A DNA stretch of 63,547 nt, the filler included, from Octopus bimaculoides (taxonomy: Eukaryota): the NCBI RefSeq assembly GCF_001194135.2. It is 6 parts of 5 records of this genome, joined end to end, with 100 filler letters (N's around TTAATTAATTAA, not from the genome) between each part and the next. Parts side by side here need not be neighbours in the genome. Positions count along the whole stretch, not along the records: positions 12,390 to 39,509 come from NC_068985.1; 5 more parts are not named here. One strand, written 5' to 3'. Positions 12,941-24,549 of the stretch are shown here, in pieces; within the stretch, counting starts at the first letter, position 1; each line of letters begins with the position of its first letter. Below the pieces are notes generated by a model. That model had not been told where the DNA came from. It did not search any database and was given only the letters and a program-made list of their open reading frames with translations. The position numbers and the translations under genes are program-made.

Positions 12941-13574
12941 TCTAATCATATATTTAATAAAACATACTTTTAACATCGCTTTATAATCCACATTGGTTGG
13001 GAAAGAGTAATTAAATTTGCACCATGATTATATATGATTATTTATGACCATCGTCAGGACTCGATTGCCTTTTTCGCGTTACTGAGTGACAATAATGACC
13101 ACTGCTTCATTGAAGTGAATGCATATATTTATACATCAACTATAAAGTAGACATCGCTACTAAATGAATAATGCTCTCAGTAACTAAAATAAATTAATCA
13201 AGTCGTAATGGTAAATGTAACGAAGAACTAAACAAATCTATCTAAATTAATTTTTCTCCCTAGCCATATGAAGCCATGTTGTTTAACGACAGGCACTAAT
13301 TTCACTGCTTAGCTTGACCGAAAACGTAATCGTGATTATGCTTTTGATTTTAAACTCATACACGTCCCGGTTTATATAGATATACACATACACACACATA
13401 TGCACACACAGACGCACACAACAAACACAAACACGCGCGGCATACATACATAATTCGAGTAACGAGCTGTGAGGTGTCAGTTTTTACATTCATAATAGAA
13501 CACTCTGTTTTTAGAATTGAATACTCGATTTCCATTCTTGTCATTATGTATGTACTTATTTTTTATGTATTATT

Positions 13575-13738
13575 TGTTACACCCATTAGACTTCGGTCAT
13601 GCTGGAGCACCGCCTGGAAGAATTTTAGTCAGACAAATCGACTCAAGTACTTATTTTTTTAAGCCTTGTACTTATTCTATCGGATCTTTTGCCGAACCAT
13701 TATGTAATGGATGCACACACGCACGCATGCACGCAGAC
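13575..13738 (-). mobile_element. SINE family C 3' half
   Basis: catgctggagcaccgcc ... cttattctatcgg ... gccgaacc; ends at a gap. Confidence 0.75.
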
Positions 13739-14322
13739 NNNNNNNNNNNNNNNNNNNNNNNNNNNNNNNNNNNNNNNNNNNNNNNNNNNNNNNNNNNNNN
13801 NNNNNNNNNNNNNNNNNNNNNNNNNNNNNNNNNNNNNNNNNNNNNNNNNNNNNNNNNNNNNNNNNNNNNNNNNNNNNNNNNNNNNNNNNNNNNNNNNNNN
13901 NNNNNNNNNNNNNNNNNNNNNNNNNNNNNNNNNNNNNNNNNNNNNNNNNNNNNNNNNNNNNNNNNNNNNNNNNNNNNNNNNNNNNNNNNNNNNNNNNNNN
14001 NNNNNNNNNNNNNNNNNNNNNNNNNNNNNNNNNNNNNNNNNNNNNNNNNNNNNNNNNNNNNNNNNNNNNNNNNNNNNNNNNNNNNNNNNNNNNNNNNNNN
14101 NNNNNNNNNNNNNNNNNNNNNNNNNNNNNNNNNNNNNNNNNNNNNNNNNNNNNNNNNNNNNNNNNNNNNNNNNNNNNNNNNNNNNNNNNNNNNNNNNNNN
14201 NNNNNNNNNNNNNNNNNNNNNNNNNNNNNNNNNNNNNNNNNNNNNNNNNNNNNNNNNNNNNNNNNNNNNNNNNNNNNNNNNNNNNNNNNNNNNNNNNNNN
14301 NNNNNNNNNNNNNNNNNNNNNN

Positions 14323-14504
14323 GGTCAATAAATACTTGCCATTACATTTTTAATCAACCAAATATGAACCATTTTGTTGCACAATGCGTCTCCATCTTTC
14401 CTTTAACTTGAAAATACCCTCTTCCCAGAATTGAATTGGTTTCATGGCAAATAAGTCGAAAGGTAAGCTACTATAAATCGGCACGAACTTTCCGGACAAC
14501 CCAA
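14323..14504 (-). mobile_element. Heavily deleted mariner (TIR joined almost directly to the transposase C-terminus)
   Basis: Minus strand TA-ttgggttgtccggaaagttcgtgcc is a mariner-type TIR; followed by FWEEGIFKLKERWRRIVQQNGSYLVD*, a typical mariner C-terminus. Other end is in a gap. Confidence 0.75.
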
Positions 14505-14999
14505 TATTTATATGAAAATTACTTACATTATGAAAAAATCTAAAAGGCCAAAAAAAAAAAAAAGATAAATATTTTTATATCAGGTAAACATATTTAAAAA
14601 CCTTGAAAAAAATATATTTATATAAAAATTAACAACATTATGAAAATATCCGAAAGGCTAACAAAAATAAGATACCCATTGTATGAGGGTATTAACGCAA
14701 ATAATGCTTTACTTTATTGTATTTTTTTTTCTTTTTCGTTTTCTTTTTCTTAATTCCTCCCTGCCTTTGTCTATAAAGTCGCAACGGAATCCGTCTCTCA
14801 CCATTCCTGCCTAACAGTATGATGTTATAAAACGGAGCGGAACAGAGTTTATTTAACGATAGGCATCAACTGAGGAAATATATCTGCACCGGGGGATGCA
14901 CGACAACCAGCTGTACAATATCTCACCCGCGAGGGATCGATGCAAGATGCGAGAAACGCACCTTGTGAGCAATAAAGTTTCTCGTATATTCCATTTTCC

Positions 15000-15222
15000 G
15001 TTTCTACATTTGACGGATATTTGTCCTCATCTTGTTTGTTGATAACACAACATTTCGGCTGATATACCCTCCAGCCTTCATCAGGTGCGTTGGGGAAATT
15101 TCGAGCCTGGGTTCTCATTCCTAAGGTATTTTCGATGTTATTATTATTATTATTATTCAGGTCACTGCCTGGAATCGAACTCGGAATCTTGGGGTTGCGC
15201 TCTTAACCACTATGACATATAT
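15000..15222 (-). mobile_element. Second copy of the tRNA-head/hammerhead unit (family D)
   Basis: Reverse complement aligns end to end with 12705-12930. Confidence 0.85.
15044..15089 (-). ncRNA. Minimal hammerhead ribozyme motif, one stem III substitution
   Basis: CGCAC-CUGAUGA-a-GGCUG..CAGCC-GAAA-UG-UU-GUGUU; canonical core, with the C of ACGU changed to U. Confidence 0.65.
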
Positions 15223-16422
15223 NNNNNNNNNNNNNNNNNNNNNNNNNNNNNNNNNNNNNNNNNNNNNNNNNNNNNNNNNNNNNNNNNNNNNNNNNNNNNN
15301 NNNNNNNNNNNNNNNNNNNNNNNNNNNNNNNNNNNNNNNNNNNNNNNNNNNNNNNNNNNNNNNNNNNNNNNNNNNNNNNNNNNNNNNNNNNNNNNNNNNN
15401 NNNNNNNNNNNNNNNNNNNNNNNNNNNNNNNNNNNNNNNNNNNNNNNNNNNNNNNNNNNNNNNNNNNNNNNNNNNNNNNNNNNNNNNNNNNNNNNNNNNN
15501 NNNNNNNNNNNNNNNNNNNNNNNNNNNNNNNNNNNNNNNNNNNNNNNNNNNNNNNNNNNNNNNATATATATATATATATATATATACATACATACATGTG
15601 TATGTATATATGCATATGTATAAGTTTGTGTATATGTATGTGTAGATATAATTATTGACGTATTAAACCAATTAGTCGAGAATCTAATACAAGTTCCCAG
15701 ACAATTTTAAGTCTTGACTCTATCAACAATCTGCTCGTGTGCAATAACTCCAGTAATTAGATTTATCCTAAATTTAAGCCGATAATTGAATTAAATGTTG
15801 TTGTCATCGCTGGGAAACCCTAAATTAAACAACCTTATTATTCGCTGATTCAAGAGCGAATAGGCTCTTGAAGATTTTATCAAGATTACAATATATAAAA
15901 GTTCTTGGGCTTGATTTATTTGTTTTTATTGCGAGCTTCACGATGCCTCCATCACATGTTGTGTTCTAAACAAGATGTTTTTGAGCCAACGAGGAATCTT
16001 CTACGGGACCCTGCAAGAAATAACAACTAAATTTCCCTCATATCACACATCCTATCTTCTTAATAAAAGGAAGGACACATTAAATGATGTAATACAAAAT
16101 GTTCTATGTTTGACCTAAAGGCGGTGTGGTCGACAGTGGCCTGATAACCCTTCATGGTACCAGGAAGCATAGACATTTCCAGAGCCCCTACCTCAATTAA
16201 CAAGCATTATAAGGGAAAAGAAATATTGCACCCCTTCACAGCTGCATCCTAAAGCGACTCAATGCTCATCTCCATCTCCTGCTACGCCTTTGGTAGCAGG
16301 GAAGATAGGATTTAATCATAGGTCGTTCGATCAGTGTTGACCTGGGTATAATCAAAGAACATTTATATACGTACATGCATATATGTATATATGCATCTAT
16401 ACATATTTGTGTATACATGCAT

Positions 16423-16475
<53 letters not shown>

Positions 16476-16617
16476 ACACCACACCACACACACATATTCC
16501 GTAGTATGTTTCGATGCAATACACTTTACCAGAACTTTTAGATTCAGTTCCGTTTAACTTTTCACTCATATATTCATGTTGTACTATGGCTGTATTAACC
16601 GAGAAAGGACAAGCTAG

Positions 16618-16716
<99 letters not shown>

Positions 16717-16742
16717 TGTGTGTATGTATGAATATATATATA

Positions 16743-18029
16743 TGAGGAGGTACCTAAAAGTAACCGGAAACGTTCCCTGTAGGACAAAGCCGTTGTAGCT
16801 TAGGCTTCCACTGCCAGAAGACACTTGATGTAACAGTCAGGCATCATTACGTCGACCGGTGTTATCCAGTGAAGTCATATTGTCACGTGGTGCGTCTTTG
16901 TTTTGGAGTGCTTCTCCCCTGTTCGTCGATTTTTGCGATAGTTGAAACGAAGGAACAGCATGCTTCCGTGAAATTTAGTTATCTGCTGGGAGAAACGGCG
17001 ATCGAAACAGTGTCGTGCTACAAACAGCTTACTGCGACACTGCCATGAGCAAAACACAAGTTTACGAGTAGCTTGAAGACTAACCTCGTTAAGGGCGACT
17101 GTCGACCTCCCGAACGAATGAAAACGTCATGAAAATTCATTAACTGATCTTGGAGGACCGTTGCTGAACAATTGACGAACTTGTTGGTATGACTAATGTG
17201 TCCTTCAGCTCCTGCCAATGAATGTTGGGCGAGAAATTGCGAATGAAAAGAGTTGCAGCAAAATTTGTGCCTCGCGGAAGATCAAAAGCAGTCACAACTG
17301 AATACGTGTCGTGAACTGAAAGAACAGTTGGTAGTTGATCCGAACATTTTTTGAAGGTCATCACTGGTGATGAAAGCTGCTGCTACGGCTACGACCGGAA
17401 ACGAAGCAGCAATCAAGTCAATGGAAGCATTCAATGTCACCCCGACCCCTAAAAGCGCGTCAAGTGAAGCCCAATGTCAAGACGAAGGTTGTTGTTTAAT
17501 TGATGCGAAAGGAATTGTCCACACAGAATTTGTTCTTCCTAGTCAACCAGGCATTTTACTTGGCAGTTCTGAAGCATTTGCGAAACGCGGTGAGACGAAA
17601 ATGCCACGACCTGTGGCAAAGTGAAGAGTAGTGGTTTCATCACGACAATACCCTCACGCACAACACCTTGAGTGTGAGACAGTTTTTGACCATAAATGGC
17701 ATGACCCCCCCCCCTACCTATCCTCCCTATTGCCCCGATCTTGTTCCCTGCGATTCTTTTTTTTTTTTGTTCTCTGGAATGAAAAAGTCCTTAAAGGAAA
17801 ATGCTTTCTAGATATGGAAGAGGTGAAGAAAAAAAAAAAAAAACGACGGAGACGTTAAAAGGTATCATTTCGCAAGAGTTCCAGGACTACTTCGAACAGT
17901 GGAAAACGCGTCTGGACCGATGCATTCCTTCAAATGGAGAATACTTTGAAGGCGGTAAAAGTGTAAACATATAAAAGTAAGTGAATAAAATAATGTTGCA
18001 AAATTCCGGTTTCTTTTGGGTACAACCTC

Positions 18030-18030
<1 letters not shown>
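16743..18030 (+). mobile_element. Full-length (~1.29 kb) degenerate mariner with TIRs and TA flanks
   Basis: TIRs tgaggaggtacctaaaagtaaccggaa / ttccggtttcttttgggtacaacctcg; fragmented motifs RVAAKFVPR, ITGDES.CYGYD, HHDN, PPYCPDLVPCD; many stops and frameshifts. Confidence 0.9.
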
Positions 18031-18079
<49 letters not shown>

Positions 18080-18794
18080 CTGGCGTCCTGTCTCGTTATA
18101 TGTGACATCACCAGTGCTTTGTAAGTCGACCTGAAAGATATGACAAAACTGTCAGACTTTGTCTTCAAATCGGGATTTGATTTGTTCTTTTATTCATTAA
18201 GGGAAATACGATATTTTTCACCGTTTTGAACTGTTATTACTGAATGGCTCTGTCCACGTGGTTTCGTTAGACTCACCTTATTAAAATTTTTTTTTATTCT
18301 TTGCAAAATGTGTTTGGTTTGTTCCGCTTGCATTTTGTTGAACGTTTCTTTGGTTATGCAAAAAGACAACCAAACTTCATAAATTTTCAACGGTAACAAT
18401 GTAAAAACCTATGATTTTACAAAATCCATAAGAACACCTTCATTTCATTGCCTGAGCAAAGAATCCTTCTTGTATGTGTGCGTAAGCATATGTGTATGTG
18501 TATGTGTGAGTGCCTACACATGTGTGATATGCGCGCGTGTCGACATATGTATGACGTATGCGTGCATGAGAATCTGGAAAACTTTTTTTCCGAACTGAAT
18601 TTACAGATTCTACTGCAGATGCCATCACGTAAGTTCTATTAAAACGATTGTTAAGTTCAATTCAACAAAGTATACGGCACAACAGTAAAATAAACTATAG
18701 AGTAGAAAAGTTAAATAAACTATGCAACAGAACATCTCAACAAACTACACTATAGGACAGTTCAGCAAATTTTATTGAAAATGAGTTAAACATA

Positions 18795-19223
18795 ATTCTT
18801 TTCTACTCTAGGCACAAGGCCTGACATTTTTGGGGAGGATGCCAGTGGATTAGATCGACCCCAAAACGCAACTGGTACTTAATTTATCGACCCCGATAGG
18901 ATGAAAGGCAAAGTCGACCTCAGCGGAATTTGAACTCAGAACGTAAAGACAGACGAAATACTGCTAAGCATTCCGACCGGTTTGCTAAAGTTCCTTATTT
19001 CTTTATTGCCCACAAGGGGCTAAACATAGAGGGGACACACAAGGACACGCAAAGGGATTAAGTCGATTACATCGACACCAGTGCGTAACTGGTACTTAAT
19101 TTATCGACCCCGAAAGAATGAAAGGCAAAGTCGACCTCGGCGGAATTTGAACTCAGAACGTAAAGACAGACGAAATACTGCTAAGCATTCCGACCGGTTT
19201 GCTAAAGTTCCTTATTTCTTTAT
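18795..19223 (-). mobile_element. Two head-truncated family B SINEs in tandem with different 3' tails
   Basis: Near-identical bodies at ~18850-19006 and ~19060-19223 (217-bp period); both heads end at the same base. Confidence 0.9.
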
Positions 19224-19736
19224 NNNNNNNNNNNNNNNNNNNNNNNNNNNNNNNNNNNNNNNNNNNNNNNNNNNNNNNNNNNNNNNNNNNNNNNNNNNNN
19301 NNNNNNNNNNNNNNNNNNNNNNNNNNNNNNNNNNNNNNNNNNNNNNNNNNNNNNNNNNNNNNNNNNNNNNNNNNNNNNNNNNNNNNNNNNNNNNNNNNNN
19401 NNNNNNNNNNNNNNNNNNNNNNNNNNNNNNNNNNNNNNNNNNNNNNNNNNNNNNNNNNNNNNNNNNNNNNNNNNNNNNNNNNNNNNNNNNNNNNNNNNNN
19501 NNNNNNNNNNNNNNNNNNNNNNNNNNNNNNNNNNNNNNNNNNNNNNNNNNNNNNNNNNNNNNNNNNNNNNNNNNNNNNNNNNNNNNNNNNNNNNNNNNNN
19601 NNNNNNNNNNNNNNNNNNNNNNNNNNNNNNNNNNNNNNNNNNNNNNNNNNNNNNNNNNNNNNNNNNNNNNNNNNNNNNNNNNNNNNNNNNNNNNNNNNNN
19701 NNNNNNNNNNNNNNNNNNNNNNNNNNNNNNNNNNNN

Positions 19737-20464
19737 ACATTATTAGCTTCTGGCTTTTCTATCTCTATTATGTTTTCTGTTGACCGTTCCTTTGACTTAT
19801 TTTTCTTTCGCTTTTTAGGGTTAGTAGCTCCATTTTCGTTCTTCTCCTTTGTTTTCTCTGTTTCACACTTCTGTCTCTCTTTCATTTCCTCAGTGTGGTC
19901 TACAATGTTTTCCTCCTCTGCTTTTGATTTCGCCACTGGTCCCAATTCCGGCTCCTCCTTGGTTGCAGCCAGCACTGTTGCAACCAACCACTCTGGTTTA
20001 ATTTCTGGTGTAACTCTGGGAATACATATTTTCACACTTCTTCCTCTATAACTTGGTAGTAATGCTATTTTTTTACTTCTTAAAATGTTGGTCGCATGCT
20101 TGGTTGCCTCTTCTATAGTGGCGAACCTCGCCTCTACCGTACCGAACTTTCTTCGTCTGTTGATGTACGTGGCTTCATTCACAATTTCATCCAAGCACTC
20201 CTCGATTTCCTCTTCCGTCACCATTTCAATTTTACAGATTTCGACAGCCTGTATACGATACACAACTGTCCTCAGAATTTTGTTTTCTTTAGTCTCTTTT
20301 GAGGGGCACAATTTGTATGAGTCTCCATCTACTTCTATCAAATTCCTGCTTCTGGTCGCCTCCTCCATATCCAGCTTGATTAACTTGGTTTCCAGCGGCA
20401 CTGGCTTCCTCACCGCAGTGGCCTTGGCGTAGCTCTCCATACTGGAGACACTACCACTTGCCAT
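19737..20464 (-). CDS. L1/Tx1-clade-like ORF1 (RNA-binding, gag-like) protein, ~242 codons open until the gap
   Basis: Uninterrupted non-repetitive frame MASGSVSSMESYAKATAV... with an RRM-like segment (KFGTVEARFATIEEA), PSYRGR..VKICIPRVTPEI..EWLV and an E/K-rich tail; pyrimidine-rich UTR upstream. Clade assigned from recalled motif resemblance, not a search. Confidence 0.6.
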
Positions 20465-20599
20465 AGCTGGAAAAAATGCAGCGGCTCGCGTGAAACGTAA
20501 CCGTAATAATTCCACAAAAATCACAATTATTTACATAGACAACTTACAGTAATTCACACAGTTTTCACAACAGTATTCACAATAACTCACAGAGCCGTT

Positions 20600-20653
20600 A
20601 TACCGCGAAGCAGTTCGACCGGCGTGCTAAAGTTTCTGCCAGCTCGCTGCCTT
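20600..20653 (-). mobile_element. 5' head fragment of a family B SINE directly upstream of the ORF1 element
   Basis: Minus strand aaggcagcgagctggcagaaactttagcacgccggtcg matches the family B head at 51913 (aaggtgacgaactggcagaatcgttagcacgccgggc). Confidence 0.8.
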
Positions 20654-21555
20654 GTTAAACAAACATTATTGTAAAACAAATAACCTGGCTTTGCAAACAT
20701 ATAGTCCAATTCTTCAGTAAGGTCGAGAATAAGCCGAATNNNNNNNNNNNNNNNNNNNNNNNNNNNNNNNNNNNNNNNNNNNNNNNNNNNNNNNNNNNNN
20801 NNNNNNNNNNNNNNNNNNNNNNNNNNNNNNNNNNNNNNNNNNNNNNNNNNNNNNNNNNNNNNNNNNNNNNNNNNNNNNNNNNNNNNNNNNNNNNNNNNNN
20901 NNNNNNNNNNNNNNNNNNNNNNNNNNNNNNNNNNNNNNNNNNNNNNNNNNNNNNNNNNNNNNNNNNNNNNNNNNNNNNNNNNNNNNNNNNNNNNNNNNNN
21001 NNNNNNNNNNNNNNNNNNNNNNNNNNNNNNNNNNNNNNNNNNNNNNNNNNNNNNNNNNNNNNNNNNNNNNNNNNNNNNNNNNNNNNNNNNNNNNNNNNNN
21101 NNNNNNNNNNNNNNNNNNNNNNNNNNNNNNNNNNNNNNNNNNNNNNNNNNNNNNNNNNNNNNNNNNNNNNNNNNNNNNNNNNNNNNNNNNNNNNNNNNNN
21201 NNNAAATACTGAGTGTCCAATATAAAGGATTAAATATATAAATATATAAAGGCGAATACGTATTTTCTATACCTTGTGGTATTTCATCATGGCCGGTATG
21301 ACAGACTGTAACAGACTGTCTGTTACAGACATATTCCATATATTCAATAAGACATTCAATACTTCATTTCATTGTACCATCCATCTCTTTTTTTATATTA
21401 TATATTATATATTCCATATTCTATATCCCACATTAATTTTACAAGAATATAAATAAAAAATACATAAAAAACAGAGTTGGAACTCTTTTAAATAAAATAA
21501 TATATTCCTCTATACACAATCATACAAAACCCTTTTTTCTGTATTTATTTTTGCT

Positions 21556-21591
<36 letters not shown>

Positions 21592-21604
21592 AATATATAA
21601 AATC

Positions 21605-21780
21605 CTTTACTTGTTTCAATCATTAGACTGCGACCATGCTGGAACACCACCGTGAAAAAGTTTTATCGAATGAATCGACATCAGTACTTTTATTTTTTTA
21701 ATCCTGGCACTTATTCTATCGGTCTCTTTTGCCGAACCGCTAGGTTACGGTGGCATAAACACACCAACACCGATTGTGAA
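21605..21780 (-). mobile_element. SINE family C 3' half
   Basis: tttacttgtttcaatcattagactgcgaccatgctggaacacc ... gccgaaccgctaggttacgg. Confidence 0.8.
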
Positions 21781-22079
21781 GTATTAAATACATATATATA
21801 ACAGGGTGTTATTTGAAGATTTAGCTGCTAGTTTTGGCTTGTTTAGGCTCCCACGTTAGCTCCCACAAAAACACATACATACATAAGGCACAAGGATGTT
21901 ATTAAAAGGTGATTTGGCTACCATTTCTAGCACGTTAAGCTACCTCATAGAAGTTTTTTTGTTGGCTCATGCATACATAGTGTATAAAGGCGTTGGAAAG
22001 CAGAGATTAAAACTGTAGCTTAGGAAAAGTTAGCTAGTATGGAGGACTGGGAGCTATCTGGATATTGAAAAAGAGTTAC

Positions 22080-22640
22080 CTATATAATATTTCTCACAGG
22101 ATATCAAAATGCCGACATTATGACAGCTACCCAACGCTCCGTGAATACTGTAAAGGCTGTACGACATGACATGGAAATCATGGAAACCAAGTTCTCCCAA
22201 ACAGTGATTGTCTTTGGGTGTGTTTCCAGTGAGGGTGACATTATTCCGCTCCACATCAATTCAGACGGCTATGTGAAGCTGTTAGAGACTGTTGTCAAAC
22301 TCTGGTAGGAGAAAGTGGCTGCTGGAACGCCATATGTGTGTCAGCAGGATTCGGCTCTTGTCATACCTCTAAAAAGTTTCAGAAGTGGTTGTCGGAGAAT
22401 TTCTACGACTTCACAAATACCAATTTCTGGCCTCCTACTTCCCCCGAATGTAATTCCGTAGATTATTACGTGTGGGATGCGGTTGAGAAAGACATTAACT
22501 GCTCTGCTTTCAACACCAAAACCGAGCTGGTGGTTAAGACGTGTTCGAAGATCTCTCCAGGGTCACAGTGAAGAAAGCAGGCGCTAGGTTCCGGAACCGT
22601 CTCAGGGCTGTTGTGAAAGCTGAGGCAGCTACTTTGAGTA
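22080..22640 (+). mobile_element. maT (DD37D) transposase fragment, internally deleted
   Basis: TKFSQTVIVFGCVSSEGD, QQDS and FWPPTSPECNSVDYYVWDAVEK correspond to maT motifs (WPPSSPDLNPLDYYVW). Confidence 0.75.
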
Positions 22641-22994
22641 AGATGTTACCTCCCAGTCATAATCTAGTTGTTATTTTTGATTTCTTAGGAATACTTTCAT
22701 TTTTGGATGATATATTTTCTTTTCATTTTATGTTACATACAGAGTGTTCCCACTAAAATTTGATGGCTTCCAATACTCCATGTCAGCTAACTTTTTCTCA
22801 ACTACAACTTAATATTTATGCTTTACAGCACCCTAGGCTGTTCACCAGTTCATCAAGCTGTTTCTGAAAAAGAGAAACATAAAACGTCGATTTTAACCCA
22901 AACTGGTGATGATCCTCGACATGAAGGATGGGTGATCAGCGGCACGCTGGCGGAGATCTTGAAAGACTTCGACGCGATGTTCTTTCTGCTCAGT

Positions 22995-23560
22995 AGTCGC
23001 AGGCGGGGCCAAATTTAGCAGAGACATGCCGTATGTTCAGTTCAGACATTGGGATTGTCTGCACGGACCGATACAACAGACCAACAACATCAGCAATGTC
23101 ATTGATTCTCTTTCTCCGACAATCCTCGTGCACAAGCTGATGAATTTTCTCCACATTTTTGTGGGGTGATGCACGTGGCAGGTTTTCCAGATAGTTCATA
23201 GTTTTCCAGGGACGTTCTTACGCTTTTGAAGCGCTTACGCCTCTCGAAACATTGCGCACAACCCATTACCCCGTCGCCGTAAGCTTGCTGAAGCATGCTC
23301 AATGTCTCTGTAGCAGACTTCCCAAGTTTAACGCAAAATTTTACGCTGGCTCTTTTTTCCAATTTCCTGTCCATGACAAAATCACAGACCACATATGATC
23401 ACAAATACACAAATTTCACAACTTGTGAAGTAAACACAGCGATGTCACTCGGCACTCTGCCTCATGAAGGTCACTGCCATCTTTCACTTCGTACGCAACT
23501 GTGTGCTGCCATCTCTTATCACGCTACAGAACTAGTCCGGGAACTTTTTGAGACCACTTT
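22995..23560 (-). mobile_element. Mariner 5' fragment (HTH region)
   Basis: MDRKLEKRASVKFCVKLGKSATETLSMLQQAYGD ... NVEKIHQLVHEDCR ... RHVSAKF; TIR-like aaaaagttcccggact at the 5' end. Confidence 0.85.
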
Positions 23561-23578
23561 GAAAACCTCTCCCATCTA

Positions 23579-23729
<151 letters not shown>

Positions 23730-24516
23730 TTATCTGGTTCTTTCTCTTCTTGTTCGTTTCTCATTCTTAATCTCTATTCCACAATTCTCAAAAGAAAGAG
23801 AGAAAGAGAGAGAGAGAGAAACAAAGAGACAGAGAAAGAGAGAGACAGAGAGAGACAGAAAGAGAGAGACAAAAAGAGATAGACAGACAGACTGACAGAC
23901 TGACAGACAGACAGATTGACAAACAGACAGAAGGACAAACAAGCAAATGGCGAGACAAACGTATCAAAAAAGAGAAGGAAGACTAATCAGAATCTTAAGA
24001 AATGATTTCTGAGGTTCTTTGCGTAGATCGCTTGGCAGATAACAGAACTTCTTAAACGTGATAACGATTCATTTTTTAGCAAACTTAAATCTACAATCAA
24101 AAGTCGAACATACTCCTCTGAATTTTAGATACACTAGATGAGACTCGAACCCATTACATTAAAGAAGCTCAATGTAGATTCACCGTTGAGCCTACGTCCT
24201 TCATGTGCAAAACATATGCAATAAAGTGGTCTTTTTGTATTCTCGCATAGTGTAGTTGACGTCACAGTCGCCATGAATCTTCTACTTGCCAGTATAAAAC
24301 TACAGAGATTATTATCTACATTAACTAAACTAAAACGTAGCAATTCACCATCTTATCGTTTTGGATGATCTTAAAAATTCGACTGGCACCGACCAACTAA
24401 ATAACACAAGTAATGGAATATATAAACATACGCATATACGTATATGTGTGTGTGAGCGAGTGTATGTATGTGGGTGTGCATCTCTCTCTCTCTCTCTATC
24501 TTTCTCTCTCTCTCTT

Positions 24517-24549
<33 letters not shown>

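Noticed and set aside
24136-24200. tRNA-like B box (gggttcgagtctc) on the minus strand
   Set aside because: No cloverleaf and no second copy in the window.
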